A stretch of 64,000 nucleotides of DNA from assembly GCF_001194135.2 (NCBI RefSeq), contig NC_068997.1, positions 14,366,735-14,430,734 on the forward strand, written 5' to 3'. A program made the position numbers and the translations under genes. The DNA is from Octopus bimaculoides. Taxonomy: Eukaryota. The notes beneath the pieces are model-generated. The model searched no databases. It worked only from the letters and a program-made list of their open reading frames with translations, and had not been told where the DNA came from. Below are positions 36,841 to 50,454 of the stretch, in pieces (positions within the stretch are counted from its first letter, which is position 1; each line of letters starts with the position of its first letter).

Positions 36841-37179
36841 AGTGTTTTAAAAGGTAGGATGGCTTTGGGTGTCAAAGTGGTGGAGATGCTTATACAGGAG
36901 AAAGGAAGCTTACTGCTATGCGTGTGGAGGGTGGCGTGGAGTGGTGGTGGCTGGGTGTATGTGTTCATTAAGTAAATGATTCATTAAGTTATGTAATGCA
37001 AAAACAATATTAATAACCCCTGTCTATGTTGTTTCCAATGGAAACTTGCCATGAAGGAGATGTGGGCTGTTGCAGCATGAACCTGCATATGTTATGTGCT
37101 GTGCGTATGACTGTGCACACATGTCTTCTCTCTATGTGTGTACATGTATGAGTGTGTATGTATGTACTTATGTGTGTTT

Positions 37180-37356
37180 AGGCAGATAGCTAGCTAGGTC
37201 GATAGATGGTTGGATAGATGGATGGGTAGCTAGATAGATAGATAGATAGATTGATAGATAGACGGAGAGACAAATAGATAGACAGACAGATAGATACATA
37301 GATAGATAACTTTCTTTTATTAGCCACACAGGGCTGCACAGAAAGGGGACAAATAC

Positions 37357-37442
<86 letters not shown>

Positions 37443-37640
37443 ATAGATAGACGGAGAGACAGACAAACGGACAGACAGATGGATGGGTTGATGGATAAAG
37501 GATTGATAGACAAACAGACAGACAGACAGATAGATAGACAAACGAATGGATGGATTGAGACTGATAGATAGATAGATGGATGGATGGATGAATAGATAGA
37601 TAGATAGATGGATAGATAGATGGATAGATAGATAGATAGA
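37180..37640. repeat. (GATA)n/(GACA)n/(GGAT)n tetranucleotide field
   Basis: Direct reading. Confidence 0.95.
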
Positions 37641-38625
37641 TAGTGTGTATAGTTGCATGGAATATATATATATATATGTGTATGTGTGTGCATGTGCCTG
37701 AGTATGTGTACATGCACATACAGAAACAGATACAAGCTTGCTGTCACATGATCTACCAAGCCATGCCCTAATAAACACAGCTGTTTATCAGGGCATGGCT
37801 GTTACCAAGTTTATCAACTGTGAAGTCCAAGTCAAAGTGTGTGGTGACATATGTAACAAGGTTCAATACACCAGTATTTTAGTGTTTCTATGTTGCTTTC
37901 ATTGTTATGGTTGTGGTTATTGCTGTTTAAAGACAATGGTATTGCTAATTGTTTTTTATGCAGTAGTGAAATTTTTTGTTGGAGATAAGGTTGTTGCTGG
38001 TTGTAGGTTGTAGCAGCAGTAACTGTGATGACATAGTAGTAATGAGGTCAGCATAGTTGAAACTAATTAAATATTGTTAATTACTGCCAGCCATAAAATA
38101 GTGGTAAGAAAAATATTAAAATATGACAAACACTTTTTTGAAATATTGTGTTTGGATGGTGTTTTTTTTTTTTCCTCATCTATATACATATACTTGTTGT
38201 GTGCATGTATGTGTGTGTGCATGTAATTATATATATATATATATATATATNNNNNNNNNNNNNNNNNNNNNNNNNNNNNNNNNNNNNNNNNNNNNNNNNN
38301 NNNNNNNNNNNNNNNNNNNNNNNNNNNNNNNNNNNNNNNNNNNNNNNNNNNNNNNNNNNNNNNNNNNNNNNNNNNNNNNNNNNNNNNNNNNNNNNNNNNN
38401 NNNNNNNNNNNNNNNNNNNNNNNNNNNNNNNNNNNNNNNNNNNNNNNNNNNNNNNNNNNNNNNNNNNNNNNNNNNNNNNNNNNNNNNNNNNNNNNNNNNN
38501 NNNNNNNNNNNNNNNNNNNNNNNNNNNNNNNNNNNNNNNNNNNNNNNNNNNNNNNNNNNNNNNNNNNNNNNNNNNNNNNNNNNNNNNNNNNNNNNNNNNN
38601 NNNNNNNNNNNNNNNNNNNNNNNNN

Positions 38626-38660
<35 letters not shown>

Positions 38661-38685
38661 CATATACACACACATCCATACATAA

Positions 38686-38840
38686 GGCGGCGAGCTGGCA
38701 GAAACGTTAGCACACTGGGCGAAATGCTTAGCTGTATTTCATCTGCCGCTACGCACTGGGGTCGATAATCGACTTAATCCGTTTGTCAGTCCTTGTTTGT
38801 CCCCTCTGTGTGTAGCCCCTTGTGGGCAATAAAGAAATAA
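38686..38840 (+). mobile_element. Family A SINE variant with internal deletion
   Basis: Head AAGGCGGCGAGCTGGCAGAAACGTTAGC joined directly at CTACG|CACTGGGGTCGAT; the GAGTTCAAATT body present in other A copies is missing. Confidence 0.85.
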
Positions 38841-39016
38841 CACATTCATACATACACACACAATCATATATATATATATATAAATATATATATATATACA
38901 CACATACGCGCGTGCACGCACACATATATACACTCAATCATATATATATACACACACACTTAGGCACACATACACACACACTTACATAAGCATATGTATA
39001 TTTCACCCTCTTGTAC

Positions 39017-39046
39017 TTAGGGTTAGGGTTAGGGTTAGGGTTAGGG
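39017..39046 (+). repeat. Interstitial telomeric repeat (TTAGGG)5
   Basis: Five perfect hexamers. Confidence 0.97.
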
Positions 39047-40424
39047 TGTATCCTGATTCCTCATCACTACCATCATCTTCTCTCGTTTCCCAGCCGGGGT
39101 ACCCATGTATCTTCTCTACAGCAAGACACTTGTTCCTCTCCCTCTGTTATTACACTGTTGCCTCTCAACACCTTCCACACAGCCACCTTCCTTGATGCAG
39201 CACTCCACTCAACCAAATGGTCTTTTCTTTTGAGCTCTTTTGCCACCATGGTAGTACTGGTGATAAAAGAAGAAGAAGCCAAAAATAACATAGTACACTC
39301 AGTAAAGTGGTTAAGGTTTGCAACGGCAACCAGGAACTATGCAAAAAAGCTAATATTGAAGCTTGATACAGTCATTTTGACCTGTCAGATCTTATCAAAC
39401 CATTCAACCTATGCTAGCATGGAGTATGGACACTAAATGTTGATGAAGAGTGTATGGATATTACTAAGTGAAATGCCACATATATGTGCATGTTTATAGA
39501 TGGGGAGAGAGAAAGAGAGAGATTGAATGTGATGGCATTTATTAAGAAGCCCTAACTTTTTCTTGATTGAGGAGATCGATGATAGAATGCATTCTATCAA
39601 CGACCATTTCAAGTTGATGTATAACAGGAACAGCATTGTTTGTCCTACTGACTACATTATGTAAGGAAACTTTTTAGGAAAACACCAGCATATGGTTTGA
39701 GGAAAATTTAACTGGTATTGCTAACTGCTTGAGCCACTAAATAGAGTTTGTTACATTGGCAAGCAAAGGTGATGTTAAATTGGTCAGTGAATTTGACTCA
39801 TCTTCTTGAAAATATATTTGATTTCTGAAGGATTGCACAAGAAATGTTAAGTAATAACATGACAGGATGAGGAAAAAAAGTAAAGTTTTCCTCATATCAT
39901 TCTCTACTCACTTAAAAATAAGGTAAGAATACATTAACTAATGTGATCCTAGATACACAGTGTCTGGCTAAAATGGGGCAGAATGAGGACAGAATAAGTT
40001 TGATCATAAGCCTCTTTGATCAGGACTGACAATCTGCTGTATGGTAACATAGCTAAAGATGTTTATTCAAGGATTAGCATAAGACAACAGACCTTAATAA
40101 GTATCCTAGATGACCCATCTAACTTAAATAGAAATATGGTGATTATTTCACCAACCCTCGAGAAACTGAACGTAAAGTCTTACTTGGTGTAATTTGAAAT
40201 TCAAAAGCAGATGGGCAACAGTTAATTTATGAGGAAATTTTATTTACACTTCTAATTTCTTTTTTTTTTTTTTTTATGTCATTCAAGATTGTATATTTAT
40301 AAAGCGAAAGAAAATAAGATATTTTTGTGACTTTCACTGGCAATTATTCTGTTCAGTAAAATGTTTATAGACCTGAAAGTGAAACTAGGATTTAGAAAAG
40401 TCAAGACTGCTCCCACATGGTTGA

Positions 40425-41005
40425 TCAATTTGTAAGAAAGAACTGCTAAAACTTCCTCTAATTATATCCTATAACTTTTGAAAAAAAATCCACACTTGAT
40501 AAGGTAATCCTAGAGTTACAATTTAATACCTGAAAGAAAAATGGAATGGTCATGGCTAGAAGATCTTTGATCATAGTTCTGCTGGATCAAGACCTGAGTA
40601 TAACATAAGCTACAAGAAAGATTGAACAAATAGTACGTGATTTCCAACAAATCTCAAACCTAGCGTCAGAAAAAGAAAATAAGTAAAAGACAGAAGATGA
40701 GATAATTCTGGATACAGAATATCTGAATAAACAAACAGGATGTGTATGGCTGGAATGAAATTGATCTTCAGTTAACTTGATCAATTCTGACCTGCACTTA
40801 AAGAACAAAAGTAAAGAAATGAAAGAGTTTCTACAAAGATATTTAACATGCTAGAAATAGCTGTTATATATATCTCCCTCAATTCATAGTATGTTCTGAA
40901 AGAAGTTAATACATGTTGAATAATACCATCATAGATACACGAGGAATGAATAAAAGATGGAACAGTCATCATTGATCATAGATTTTCTACTGGATCAGGA
41001 ATTGC
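40425..41005 (+). mobile_element. Two degenerate family E copies (40425-40600, 40848-41005); a third 3' fragment at 39945-40030
   Basis: Shared motifs TGCTAGAAATAGC..CTCCCTCAA and TTGATCATAG..CTGCTGGATCA. Confidence 0.55.
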
Positions 41006-41204
41006 TTGTCTAATCAACAATTAAATCATATATCTAGTTACTGTATTATTTGCTCTGGAACACTAATATTTGATATAATATTGAAAAGCTGACAGTAGTG
41101 ACTTCAATCACCCAACAGAACAAGGGTTCTGAATTCATAAGCAAGATCAAATAAAATTATGTAACATTCAGGCCATGCCGAAGAGTAATTAGTATCAGTT
41201 TCAA

Positions 41205-41416
41205 ATTTTGGCACCAGGCCAGTAATTTCAGGGAAGCGGGTAAGCCGATTACATCAACCCCAGTGCTCAACTGGTACTCATTTTAATTTTATCAATCCTG
41301 AAAGGATGAAAAGTAAAGTCGACCTCAGCAGAATTTGAACTCAGAATGTAAAGAGAGAAGGAATGCCGATAAGCATTTCACCCGGCGTGCTAACGATTCT
41401 GCTAGCTCACCACCTT
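41205..41416 (-). mobile_element. Family A SINE copy (left arm of inverted pair)
   Basis: GTCGACCTCAGCAGAATTTGAACTCAGAATG..GCTAACGATTCTGCTAGCTCACCACCTT. Confidence 0.92.
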
Positions 41417-41444
41417 AAGAGTAACTAATACTGAAACAAGAAAA

Positions 41445-41720
41445 AGTGGTGAGCTGGCAGAAACGTTAGCACGCTGGGTGAAATGCTTAGTGGTATTTCA
41501 TCTGTCGTTACGGCCTGAGTTCAAATTCTGCTGCGGTCGACTTTGCCTTTCATCCTTTCTGGGTTGATAAATCAAGTACCTGTTGCACACTGGGGTTGAT
41601 CTAATCGACTGCCTCCCCACCCAACTACTCCCCACCCAACTACTCCCCACCCAACTACTCCCCACCCAACTACTCCCCAAAAGAAGTTTTGGGCCTGTGC
41701 CTAGAATAAAAGAGAATATT
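41445..41720 (+). mobile_element. Family A SINE copy with internal 15-bp tandem expansion
   Basis: GTGGTGAGCTGGCAGAAACGTTAGCACG..GAGTTCAAATTC; CTCCCCACCCAACTA x4 at 41613-41672. Confidence 0.93.
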
Positions 41721-41995
41721 GATACAAGTAAAAATACAAATCTGTTCACAAAGAAATAATCAAAAATCCAAACTTGAGAAATAACAGTAGAAAATAAGAA
41801 GATGCTGAAACTTTTGGTTCACTAGAAGCTTAAATTACTGTTGTCATTATACAAGGCGCCGGTTAACAACCACTTGTACTATTACAGTCACTTCCACAAT
41901 GTAAAACATTGACAAATAAATACAAGTACGCACATTAACTCATGGATATATACCCATTCACAAAGACACACATTCGTATTTATATACTGAAGATA

Positions 41996-42038
<43 letters not shown>

Positions 42039-42711
42039 GTATAGATATTTATGTGTACAGGAAACACATCAATAAATAGAGAGTAACAGGATTAAGAAGG
42101 AAGAAAATTAAGAACAATTCTTACCCCTTTGACTAATCCAAGCTTTAGTTTTTAATGATATGAAGCCTACAACACAAAGTAAAAACAGTTCTTCCCTTCC
42201 ATACATGCATACAGATAAAAAAAGAAAATCATTAACATATGTATATGTGTCTTTGTGTATGTATATGTACACGTTTCTCAGTGAGTCTATATCCGGTTCA
42301 GTGTCTGTATATTTGATCAAGTTTGCATGTGAATGTATATAAATGTGTCACAGTGTGCGTTTATGTGTGGCAATAATGTTTGTTTCTTTTCAGTATTGTT
42401 ACAGCAATTGACATAATTTTTTTTCCCCTTCTCCCGTTGTTTTTTTTATTTATGTATATATACATGTATGTATATATATATATATCTTGTTATTGTTTTA
42501 TGCTGAGAAACTAAGGTGTGTTGAATAAAGCATTCCGAAGTGTCTGAGAGCATATAGTTAATACACAAATACATATATGTTCTCTCTCTCACTCACACAC
42601 ACACACACACAAACTGTTTTACTTGTATGTGTGTGTGTGTGTGTGTTAGGTGCATGATGCTTGTGTATGTGAGAGTGTGTCTGAGTGTGTATGAAGAATA
42701 TATTTATGTAT

Positions 42712-43106
42712 AGTTGGCTATGTGGTAAGTAGCCTGCTTACCAACCACATGGTTCCGGGTTCAGTCCCACTGTGTGGCACCTTGGGCAAGTGTCTTCTAC
42801 TATAGCCTCGGGCCGACCAAATCCTTGTAAGTGGATTTGGTAGACAGAAACTGAAAGAAGCCCGTTGTATATATTTATATGTGTATATATGTGTGTGTGC
42901 GTTTGTGTCTGTGTTTGTCCCCCAACATTGCTTGACAACCGATGTTGGTGTATTTACGTCCCCGTAACTTAGCGGTTTGGCAAAAGAAACCAACAGAATA
43001 AGTACTAGGAATACAAAGAATAAGTCCTGGGGTCGATTTGCTCGACTAAAGGTGGTGCTCCAGCATGGCCACAGTCAAAAGACTGAAACAAGTAAAAGAG
43101 TAAAAG
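42712..43106 (+). mobile_element. Full-length family B SINE
   Basis: Complete head, (TA/TG) core, 3' half and AGTAAAAGAGTAAAAG tail. Confidence 0.92.
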
Positions 43107-43349
43107 CATATATGTCTGCGTAAATATATGTGTGTACAAATAAGAATAGTAGAATAAAAGAATAAAACATATCTAGTTCTTTATTTATTGGCTGTGAAGA
43201 TAGATAAATGGCGGGAGAGTTCTACAGTTTCGAGCAAGAGATCTGTCAAGCAAAAACTCTCAGCTACTGCGTCACTTATGTGTCTTCACAGCAAATATAA
43301 AAGTACTGACATATGTGTAGATGCACATTTCTATATGTGTGTATACACA

Positions 43350-43399
<50 letters not shown>

Positions 43400-45172
43400 N
43401 NNNNNNNNNNNNNNNNNNNNNNNNNNNNNNNNNNNNNNNNNNNNNNNNNNNNNNNNNNNNNNNNNNNNNNNNNNNNNNNNNNNNNNNNNNNNNNNNNNNN
43501 NNNNNNNNNNNNNNNNNNNNNNNNNNNNNNNNNNNNNNNNNNNNNNNNNNNNNNNNNNNNNNNNNNNNNNNNNNNNNNNNNNNNNNNNNNNNNNNNNNNN
43601 NNNNNNNNNNNNNNNNNNNNNNNNNNNNNNNNNNNNNNNNNNNNNNNNNNNNNNNNNNNNNNNNNNNNNNNNNNNNNNNNNNNNNNNNNNNNNNNNNNNN
43701 NNNNNNNNNNNNNNNNNNNNNNNNNNNNNNNNNNNNNNNNNNNNNNNNNNNNNNNNNNNNNNNNNNNNNNNNNNNNNNNNNNNNNNNNNNNNNNNNNNNN
43801 NNNNNNNNNNNNNNNNNNNNNNNNNNNNNNNNNNNNNNNNNNNNNNNNNNNNNNNNNNNNNNNNNNNNNNNNNNNNNNNNNNNNNNNNNNNNNNNNNNNN
43901 NNNNNNNNNNNNNNNNNNNNNNNNNNNNNNNNNNNNNNNNNNNNNNNNNNNNNNNNNNNNNNNNNNNNNNNNNNNNNNNNNNNATATATATATATATATA
44001 TATCTATATGTGATCATAATCACTTAATATCCAGCTTGCACGTTACTATGAGTCGTATGCTTAGCCAGGATTTGACATGCTAGAGTTGAAATCCAAAGTC
44101 AGCTTTTGCATGATTTCTATGGCTCTGTGGATTCTTTCATGGCACTAGTACTAGTGACATTGCCATGTTACTCACAAGACTAAAATGCTTCTTTGACTGA
44201 GTGTGGATAATTAATAGAGAAGGCAGTGACTTTATGCCAGGTGTTTAGAGGCTAATGTATGATAGGGATACAGTATCATGTGTCTTGCTCAAGAGTAGAT
44301 ACTTGGCTACACCACATTATGCAAGGGTAGGTGGAAGTTGGTGGAAAGAGGAGAAAGATATGGTGAGAATAAGTTTTCAGAAAACACCATCAAGGTAAAA
44401 AAAGAAAATGAGTAGAAAGGAGGATAAGAACAGATTCTTGGAAAGTGAATAATTTTACAAGAGTGATAGAGGAGAGTGACATGATAAGAGATGGGGAAGA
44501 AGTGAGTGTAGTGAATGGTGAACTAGGATAGAGTTGTGGTTAACGGTAAATATGAATTTGGTGAGTGGAGGATGGTAAAAAAAAAAGCAGAAATGACTGA
44601 GGAAGTAGAAAGTGATGAGTGGTTGTACTAACCGAGTGGAGAACAGCAGGATTAATAAAACAGTTGGTAAAGAAAAATAGGGAGGTGTGTGGAGGTGGTA
44701 AATAAAAGAAGAATCTTGGGTGAGTGAGAGATATACAATAATAATTGTGAGTGTGTGTGTTTGAATGCATTGAAGAATACCAAATATTCAAAATTTAAAC
44801 TTTTACAAAAAAATAAACGAAACTAATTTGTTTTTTCGTTTTTAAATGTACAAGACATATACAACCAAGCCATAACAAATATGACCAAACATGACCGAGT
44901 ACTCATTCAGTATTGGTTTAAATTGATATTGACCTTCAACGAAGACAGATATCCAAATGCACTATTTGCTTATTGCATGTCTGTGCATTTGGATATGAAT
45001 AATCTTTTAAATAGTTAATATGAATAAGGAGGTCAAAATGACAGGTGAATTGAGGTTAATGTAAGAGAATGAAATTGAATGCATAGCAAAACTATAAATG
45101 TGAACATATATGAATGAACATGCACAGCACGCACACATTCAATACTTCAATATATATATATATATATATATT

Positions 45173-45209
<37 letters not shown>

Positions 45210-45902
45210 ACACACATGCACAGAATGTATATACATTTATATGAATATTATATTACATATATATATATATATACATACGCACTCACGCACACACATACTT
45301 GTGTAATGTATGCCTCTGTCTACTATCTTTCTCTTCCTCGTTTTATATAGTTAAACAACGTCAACCAAGGTGTGGTACTGTTTGTTGTTTTATATGATTT
45401 CTCTTTGTTATGTTCGTAGTTTTTTTTTTTTTTTTTTTTACCTACTGATGTAACTGGTCTGACTGGTCTACTAAGGTATACAAAGACTAGACACATAGGT
45501 GAGCAACAGAAGTGAGAGAGGGAGGGAAGGGGGATAGAGAAAGAGAGAAAGAGAGAAAGTGTGGCATAGAGAGGTAAAGTGGATGAGAGGGAGGCTGACT
45601 TACTGATATGGTTTAAAGAAGAGGGAGGGGTGGAGGAGGAGGGGGAATGGTTGAGTGTTGTTGGTAGAAAATATATTAATTCTGAGAGAGGATGATGACA
45701 AAGCAAAGAGAGCATGTGAGCTGAGAAAGAGAGGAGGGTGTTATCCAAATTGATAACCGCATAAAGAGACAACTCTCTTCCTGTCCACATTGGGTGAGAC
45801 AGAAGGAAGTTTAGTGAAAGAAACCGACTGATAAAGAAGGAAATTTGGGGAGATTTAAGTGAGTGATACATGAGGAAAAGAAAATACAAGTGTCATGAGA
45901 GA

Positions 45903-45955
<53 letters not shown>

Positions 45956-46429
45956 ATAGCAGAAGACACTTGCCCAAGGCATCATGCAGTGGGATTGAAG
46001 CCAAAACCATGGGATTGAGAAGCAAGTTTCTTACCACACAGTAAAGGAAAGGATGTAAGCCCACACGTTTTCATGTGAGTGCACATGTGCATGCATGTGT
46101 GTGTATGTGTGTGTGTGTGTGTGTGTGCGTGTGTATCTCCATGGCCTTACATTGTCACTGCTTGGGTAGTGATGGCATAACTCAGTTTCCCATAAACAAA
46201 ACATCTTGCTCAGTGGTTCAATGTTTGAAGACATAAAACAATGTGTCTCATTGAAAAGAAAGGTTGGCATCAAGAAGTGCATCCTGCTGTAGAGTATTAC
46301 CTCAGGAAGTCTTGTCCAACTCATGTCAGCATGAATAAAAGTGGACGTAGAACCTATGAGGATGATGATGAAGATGATGATGTCAAGAAATAACTGGACA
46401 TCCACATAAATTTCAACATGCTCATTGCC

Positions 46430-46760
46430 CATTATTCTCTTTATTTCTACTTCTTTCTCCACCTTCCAAACCAAGCCAGCCATTATTTACAATCACAGTC
46501 TTCAAATACTCCAAGTGTCAAGTAATCTTAATTATTTTTCTTTCTATACCGCAATTAGAAGGGATTGGCATAATTTATATTCATCATTTCTGTCTTTGAA
46601 CAGTTAATAACCAGACCATCACCGCTTCCCTCTTTTATTCAACTATCCAATATTAGTTGCATTTCTTCTGTTGTTCTTGTAATCATCACTAAGGCAGCAA
46701 CTTCATCTAGATCAGAATCACCTAGCATCTTTATTATTCTTCTATTATATTCCAGAAATT
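46430..46760 (-). mobile_element. RTE-type reverse transcriptase fossil (domains 5-7)
   Basis: RC of 46582-46713 reads DLDEVAALVMITRTTEEMQLILDS*IKEGSGDGLVINCSKTEMM, matching the YADD-x-LI...EELQ..L...GL.IN..KT..M pattern; downstream EYLKTVIVNNG and KEVEIKRIMG blocks. Confidence 0.65.
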
Positions 46761-47239
46761 CTTCCCTTCGAAAATTTCTCCATAAATTAATTAATCACCA
46801 ACACAAAAAGTAAAGAAAACAGTGTGTTTCCCCTCAATAGCACCAGCAATGGCTTCAAAAGGTTCATTGGCAGTTCTGGTCATCTTGACCTGATATACAA
46901 AGTGCTCCCTCATGCATGTTTGAAATTGTCAAACATATTTTTCATGGGTCTGGTATATACGTTCTTGTTTATTATCTTAGGTAATACAAAGCATGGTTGA
47001 CTGTCAAGTATCTTTTAGATGTAAAGAAAAACACACACACACACTCATACACACACTCATATGCACACTGATACATGCACACGCACAAATGCACACACAT
47101 ACACAACTTGGGACTCATCTAATTTGTTTCTTTAGCTGAACTCCTTTAGTCACAGGGACACAAACAAACCACTACAGTTGTCAAGTGGTGGAGGGGGACG
47201 GAACAAACATAAAGACATATGAACACACACACACGCGCG

Positions 47240-47820
47240 CACATACATACACACATAGTGTCTGTGTCAGGTATTTGTGACCGAAAATTTGCTTTCCTAA
47301 ATTTGAAGATCTAAATGTCACAGAGGTCAAAGAGTATGCACCAAATTTTAATTTTCTCATTACTTTTTCAATTGTATCAACAGCATCATTATGACCAATG
47401 ACACAGGAAACGAAAGGGCAACCCATGCTCTTTGCTGTAGCTAAGGATAGATGCAAAGGCTTAGAAATCCCCACATTCTTTGAAAATGACTGAGTGCTTT
47501 GTGTCCGAGGTTAGCAATGAGCTGAAGACTTCTAGAGGGACATGTTGTCTGTGGCCAAGAGACAAAACATTTTCCCAGAGTTTTAAATGTCATCAAGGAT
47601 TGCCAAGTTTGTCCAGAAGTTTCAGAATATCAGCAGTAAAAATGCCAACAGGCTGATGAGTGCCATCACTGAGCAACTCAGTTAGACACTATCCATTATC
47701 AGATGTGTGATGCTTGAGAACATCAGGTGTAGTTCCTATAAGATGAGGAAAGAGCAGGTGATATCTAACGATGATTTTATCAACTTGATTTAAAGGCAGT
47801 ATATTTCCACAGTTATAGCA
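47240..47820 (+). mobile_element. Tc1/mariner (maT/DD37D-like) transposon 5' fossil, N-terminal DNA-binding region
   Basis: From ATG 47398: MTQETKGQPMLFAVAKDRCKGLEIP / ECFVSEVSNELKTS / SVAKRQ..IAKFVQKFQNI..SIIRCVMLENIRCSSYKMRKEQ with two frameshifts and stops; resembles the recalled ..HEDIRYKSYxMR.. motif of this transposase group. Confidence 0.65.
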
Positions 47821-48148
47821 ACAAAAAGGTTGAAGTGACCATTGTTATTAGTAAATTAATCCTTCAATCAGCAATAGACACAAAAGCTGTATTATCTGCA
47901 AAAGCTAATAAAACTCTTCTCATCAGTGGTTGCCACTGTCGCCTTCATCTCTACATAAGAGTTTTGGTCAGAACTTGCTCAGTAAATATTTTCTTCAGTC
48001 AAACGATTTTTAAAGCCAAAATCTTAAAGATCTAAGTGAAAACCATTGCTTCATTTCTCTTTTGTACTCACTTTGTACCCAACATGCATCGCAGTGGCTA
48101 CTTTAAACATTACTTTATCACATATACACACAAATATAGATATATATA

Positions 48149-48303
48149 GGTGGTAAGCTGGTAGAACCATTATCAGACTGGGCAAAATGCGTTGCAGCTT
48201 TTCATTCATCCTTACATTCTGAGTTCAAATCCTACCAAAGCTAACTTTGCTTTTCGTCATTTGAGGGTCGATAGAGTATTAGGGTTGATGAAATTGGCTT
48301 AAC
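48149..48303 (+). mobile_element. Degenerate family A SINE
   Basis: GGTGGTAAGCTGGTAGAACC..TTCTGAGTTCAAATCC..GAGGGTCGATA. Confidence 0.75.
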
Positions 48304-49300
48304 TACTCTTGAGTAAAAATATAAAAAAAGGAACCCCTTTACCAAGACATGTCAAGCCAGTGTGGCAGAACAAGGCTCATCCAACCAGTATGATCTCCAA
48401 CTCAAATTCATGGCCTTCACATCAGACTCTGGTTGGTGGAGAGAACATACTGAGTCTTTTGTCTTTCAGTGGATTTAACATGGACAATCCAATCTCGTCT
48501 CTTCAGTATGTAGATGCAGTGTGGGTGAATAGTTATGAAGTTTGTTTTCTGACCAAGAGGTCCCAGGTTCAAACGCACTGTGTGACATCGTGGGAAAATA
48601 TCGTTTTCTATTGTTTTGGATCAATGTATATTAAGTTGGTGATATTGGGTAAAGGGAATCCTATTCAGAGGCCCATGGGGTGGATTGTACGTGTTGTAAA
48701 AGAATTACAGCCTTGTCAGACACATTGTGACATGATACTGAAGCCTGAGAATTAAGTGTACACTTGTCTGTGGAATACTCAGCCTTTTGTATATGAATAT
48801 AGGAGCAGGTGATGTAGTTGACTGAACAACTGAACTGTCATTATTGAACAACAGAGATACACGCAAATACACACATGCACACACACATGCGTGCATGCAC
48901 ACATGTACACACACACACACACACATACACACTCATGTTATTGACTATATATATATATACATACATATACACATACATACACACATATATGTATATATAT
49001 ATATATANNNNNNNNNNNNNNNNNNNNNNNNNNNNNNNNNNNNNNNNNNNNNNNNNNNNNNNNNNNNNNNNNNNNNNNNNNNNNNNNNNNNNNNNNNNNN
49101 NNNNNNNNNNNNNNNNNNNNNNNNNNNNNNNNNNNNNNNNNNNNNNNNNNNNNNNNNNNNNNNNNNNNNNNNNNNNNNNNNNNNNNNNNNNNNNNNNNNN
49201 NNNNNNNNNNNNNNNNNNNNNNNNNNNNNNNNNNNNNNNNNNNNNNNNNNNNNNNNNNNNNNNNNNNNNNNNNNNNNNNNNNNNNNNNNNNNNNNNAAAA

Positions 49301-49331
<31 letters not shown>

Positions 49332-50399
49332 AGCACAGAGGTGCACATTAAACATATATTTAAACAATCATAAGTTCACAAAATACATTGATACAAATGC
49401 ATTCCCACACAAACACAAACACAAATACACACACGCACACACTACATACAAACACACACACCCCCAACACACACACACACCCCCAACACACACACACACA
49501 CACACTACATACAAACACCACCACCCCCTCAACACACACACACACATACACATACACATCAACTCCAACCTTTGAAATATTGCTATTTCCTATGTATGAT
49601 ATAATATCAAACAGGAAGAGCAAAGATTTACAGACACCAATAGACATAAACAAAATAAGCAGCATTATTAACAAAGTCATTTGGTTCTTTAATTCTTACT
49701 GAACTGAAGATGTCTTTGTAATTAGCAGGAATTATTTAGATTACATTCTGCACAAGAAGAAGGAAAGACAGTGATAAAGAGACATTACAATCTCTTAAAA
49801 TTTATTCTTTGTTATTTTTCTTTAGTCAAATAATGCGATATGATGATGCAATCGGATGTGTATGAACGACATGAATGCATGTTTGTGTGCAATTGTGTGT
49901 TTTTGTATTTCTGTGTGTGTGTATGTATGTGTATGAATGCATGTGTATGTGTGTGTGTGTGTAGATATATGTATGTATACATTACATGCAAACTTGTGTA
50001 ATATGACATATGTAATTAAATTATAAACATGAGAGAGAGAAACACACAAACACACACACACATGTATACACGTGTGTGTATATGAATATATGTGTGTGAA
50101 TGTGTTTGCTTACACACACGCACACAGACATATACACACTCACACGGACACACACAGCGAGTTTTGAGTAAATTTGTCTTTGTACATAGGAAAACAGTGA
50201 TACACAATATACCAATATATGCACATATATTGTATGTCCTTCATCTTTGGTGTATTTATATACACACACACACGCACACGCACACAACAGAATATATAAA
50301 TATACATACACACCATTACTGAAACTGTAAAATATCTTGTTATATATAATCCAACACACACATACACACATAAACATACCAACACATTTAATTCAACAA

Positions 50400-50454
<55 letters not shown>

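Noticed and set aside
46845-46955. Plus-strand candidate exon TSNGFKRFIGSSGHLDLIYKVLPHACLK...
   Set aside because: Weak donor, no recognisable domain, and adjacent to a LINE fossil
48309-48755. 148-aa ORF
   Set aside because: Runs through a family B head fragment (48520-48620) and other repeat debris; no domain recognised
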